A stretch of 64,000 nucleotides of DNA from assembly GCA_964304625.1 (NCBI GenBank), contig OZ199838.1:10717637-10781636 (forward strand). Direction: 5' to 3'. Under the pieces are notes generated by a model. That model was not told where the DNA came from and made no database searches. It worked only from the letters and a program-made list of their open reading frames with translations. The stretch comes from Kudoa neothunni (lineage: Eukaryota; Animalia; Cnidaria). A program made the position numbers and the translations under genes. Shown here one piece after another: positions 60,780 through 64,000 of this stretch. Positions within the stretch are counted from its first letter, which is position 1; the number at the start of each line of letters is the position of its first letter.

Positions 60780-63700
60780 GACGATTGATGCTAGGATGGT
60801 GAATTTTTAGGTTTTCCACCGGATGTGGTAACTCCAAATTTTGTGGGGCCATTCAATCGAGGTCGTTGTCACATTCTTCAGTAGCGATCATCCCTTTCGC
60901 TCAGAGGACAATTGAAGAAATGTGTACGCTTCTCCGTTTCGATGATGGTGATTTCTCAGGGATCCATAGGTTAGAGCGGCGGGGAGGATGGTGTAACCCA
61001 GATTTCGGAGATTTTCAAACTCAGGATCGTATTTTCGGATTTTATGTGATCTCACTTGGTCCAACCGGTCCAAGCTTGACTCATAACAAACCGAAATGTC
61101 GATCACGAATGTAACAATTGGTCGAGGATGGTGTCGTGGCGTTTGATAATTAACTCTTTGCCAAGTCGACATCCGTTCAAGACGTGACCAAGAGTTTCGA
61201 CTTGGCAGGAGCAACGGCGACATTGAATATCCAGGGTAGAATGAGCACAGTGGAGGACGGTGTTGGTTGGCAGGACGTTGATTCTTCCCATGAGTCAGAA
61301 TCTGTACGAACTTACTTTAATATTGCCAGTTCGGGTCCATGTGTTGGCTTCCTTGGTTTCAGCGAAGCACTTAACAGATCTTCATATGGGTGGATTGGAA
61401 TTACCAGCGGAGCTGTTTGACACGGGGTGGGGTGAAGACGGGATTCTTCGGTGGGTTTAGTGGAGGGAACAAGGGGTCGGAATCGACTATCTTCACCAAG
61501 GAGAGGCGGGCTATCTTCTGGATGGCCTCATCCTGCGAATTAGGCACATTAAGACTAGAGGTCAGCCTTAAGGCAGCATAGTCTTTGTTTAATTGACGAA
61601 GTTCGAGACCACCGGAGCAATTTGGGGTGTAGACAAAGTGGGTAGGCTGAGCCACTGTCGAATGTTTCTTAAAATAAAGGCATCATACTTTATTCAATTC
61701 TTCGATCCGGAGAATGTGGTTCTTCATCACAAAATCGAGCGTCGGGAAGGGGTAGATCTTCAGCAGGTTGATTTTTTTTGAGGGGTAGGAGAGGTGAGTT
61801 GGATAGTTTCTTCAGACCTTCTTCGAATTTCTTGAAGTAGGGGGAGATCCTTGAAACTTTGAAGATTGGAGCAGGTACCAAGGTATTTGTAAAAATCTTG
61901 CATCTTGAGAATTGGTTGGTTGTACATTCGAGGAGGAGGCCCATTTGATAGATTAAAAGTACGTCTGCTATAACGGTATCTTACACACAGATTTGCACAC
62001 TTTGAATGTTGATTTTCATGTTTGCTTTGGTGAGAAATTCTTCAGCCATCTTCAGTAGGGAGTTAGTTTCTTGAGGGGTCTTTGCAATGAGGACGATATC
62101 GTCGGCAAAACATTGGATAACAATAGTTCCACCTCGGCGATTGTAGCCAATACCAGTCGCACTAACTTGATCAAGGAGAGGATTGATTGCCATGTTGAAT
62201 AGGAGGGGGCATCCCTGTCTCACACCTTTTCCATTAGCAAACAAATTAACTTGATTACTTTATCTGTCCTGAATCAAATTATATGATCCAGCGTACAGGT
62301 TTGAGATTAGCCTCACTATCCTCTCTGAAATCTTGCTCTTTTTGAGATGTGCTATGATCAGGCAGTGGGGAACTGAATCAAATGCCTTTTGGATATCAAT
62401 CCAGACGACATTTAATTTCGTTCTTGCCCGGCGAGTATCATCGAGGACTTCCTGGAGAGAAAAGGCGTGCTCAACGCAGCCATCACTCTCCCGGAAGCCC
62501 TTTTGGGACGGAGACAGCTCAATAAGGGGTTTGAGCTTCCTATTCAGGCAACTCATAAATACCCTATGGAGCGTCTGGATGACGGAAATGGGCCGGTATT
62601 GGAGAGAGTCCATTGCATCGGGGTTTCTGTCTTTGGAGGAAGAATCGGGTTTAAGAGAGGGGCGACAATGTGATGGAATTGCGGGAGACGTTTCCAAAAT
62701 TGCATTTGGATGCCGTCGGTTCCACACGCTGTCTTTCTTTGCTCTCTTCAAGGCGAACAAAACATCTTCTGGTGAAATATACAGGTCGCTGTAATTAAGA
62801 CAGAAGCTGTAGGGTTCGGCCTCGTTGTATGCACCCGGTTGGAGGTCTTCTTGATCGTTGTCGAGTCTGGGGGCAACTATTTCCAAATAGTTTGGTAGGG
62901 GAGCTACAGCGGGAGGAGGAAGGGCGAGAGCTTCTGCAATTTGCGCAGGGGTAGCAGTGCATCACTTCGGAGGGTCTTGTACCACTTCGTTAAAGCACTT
63001 CTTCATATTGGTGCGGTACAAGCCTCTCAAGCGCTTTTCGTTCGCTCTTCTAGTGAGGGGAAATTGGCGGGGGAGACGAATTATTGGAGGATCTTCGGTC
63101 GATGGCACTTGAGGTGGATTCGAGCCTTCAGCTTCTGAATTTTCTTGTACTGCGCTTTTGGGAAGCGGACAGTAGTGCATGTTCAGAAGCTTGGCATGCT
63201 CGGTTGCTGTAGAAAGAAATTTTTCGTACAGCTCCTCACATGCCACGTCGTTAACGTTGTGGTTAATCGCCAGCTTTAGCATATCTGCTGTAGCTTTCAG
63301 CATTGCTTCCTCCTTAATCTTCCTCTCTTGATATTTGGATAAACGAGGTTGTTGGTTAGTTGGAGGGACTGTTTATGGCACAGCATTATTTTGATTTGGA
63401 TTATCATCGAGCACAGGAGTAGCGGTTTGGGGGAATATCACATGCGGATCTTGAATTTGGGTGCATGTGGGTGAATCTTCATTGAGTGGAGCCAATGTAG
63501 ATGTCGGAGTAGTTGCAATAGTTGGAGCATTGGGAAGAGGATGTCTACCACAATACTCCCTCAAAAAGTCCACGACTTCTTGAGTACTGACTGCAACCAG
63601 TGAATTTGTCGGGGTCTCATCGTTTGCTTCTACGTCGCGAATTATTTCAGCAATTTCGACGTTTGGCTCAGTGTCGGATGGCGGAGAAGTTGGATTATCA

Positions 63701-64000
63701 TCAGCAACTTGAAAACTTTCTTGAGAGTGGGAGTGGTTGTGGATGGAGAAGTTGAGGTCGGGGACAGCATCATCTGCATCAAAATTGAAAGATTTCTCTC
63801 TCAAATCGGCAGAGGAGCAGTCCAATTCAATCTGGTCGATGAAGGATGGAATTTTGGTTGATTGTTCGTGGATGAAATCAGCAACTTCTTGCGACAATAC
63901 CATCACAGGAGCATTCAAAGTTTTCAAGGATGAAGCGGATGAAGAAGTCTTCTGCGAAAGAGACGCAAGGAAGTTTCATCTGACATTTCTGCACGATTAC
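60780..64000 (-). mobile_element. Non-LTR retrotransposon with a restriction-like endonuclease (R2/NeSL/Utopia group), decayed; 5' end outside the window
   Basis: RT motifs YRPISV, QKGF, WIDIQKAFDSVPH, GVRQGCPL and FADD. C-terminal CCHC (CRRCSCQVETLGHVLNGC), RHD and K..KY. Multiple frameshifts. Confidence 0.9.

Noticed and set aside
1-64000. CRISPR arrays, operons or prokaryotic defence systems; most short antisense ORFs in the supplied track
   Set aside because: The DNA is intron-containing and eukaryotic, with no regularly spaced repeats. The short ORFs are shadows of real exons or TE genes, or begin at non-ATG codons.

Overview
AT-rich eukaryotic (animal-like) genomic DNA with compact genes and very short GT-AG introns (about 35-70 nt). 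This is compatible with a genome-reduced parasite such as a myxozoan, but the taxon cannot be fixed from this window. The left 37 kb holds divergent housekeeping genes: SEC62, RAB3IP/Sec2, a claudin/PMP22-like gene, MARCH5 head-to-head with INPP5F/SAC2, and NDOR1 head-to-head with LIPT1. It also holds two paralogs of an unrecognised type I membrane protein of about 800 aa. That protein is built from about 7 FN3-like modules, five with a clear 4-Cys motif, and has two conserved juxtamembrane micro-exons. One copy is intact (33809-36629) and one is a pseudogene (657-3569). The right 24 kb is mostly transposon sequence. It includes a five-level nest (Gypsy LTR > piggyBac > Ginger2-like > Copia > hAT, plus a DD34E element and a 3.7 kb Gypsy with a truncated Gag), a further hAT and a decayed R2/NeSL-type retroelement. 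MITEs, a Merlin element and two copies of a tRNA-derived SINE are scattered through the gene-rich part. Gene models were spliced by eye and family assignments come from recalled motifs, not database searches.
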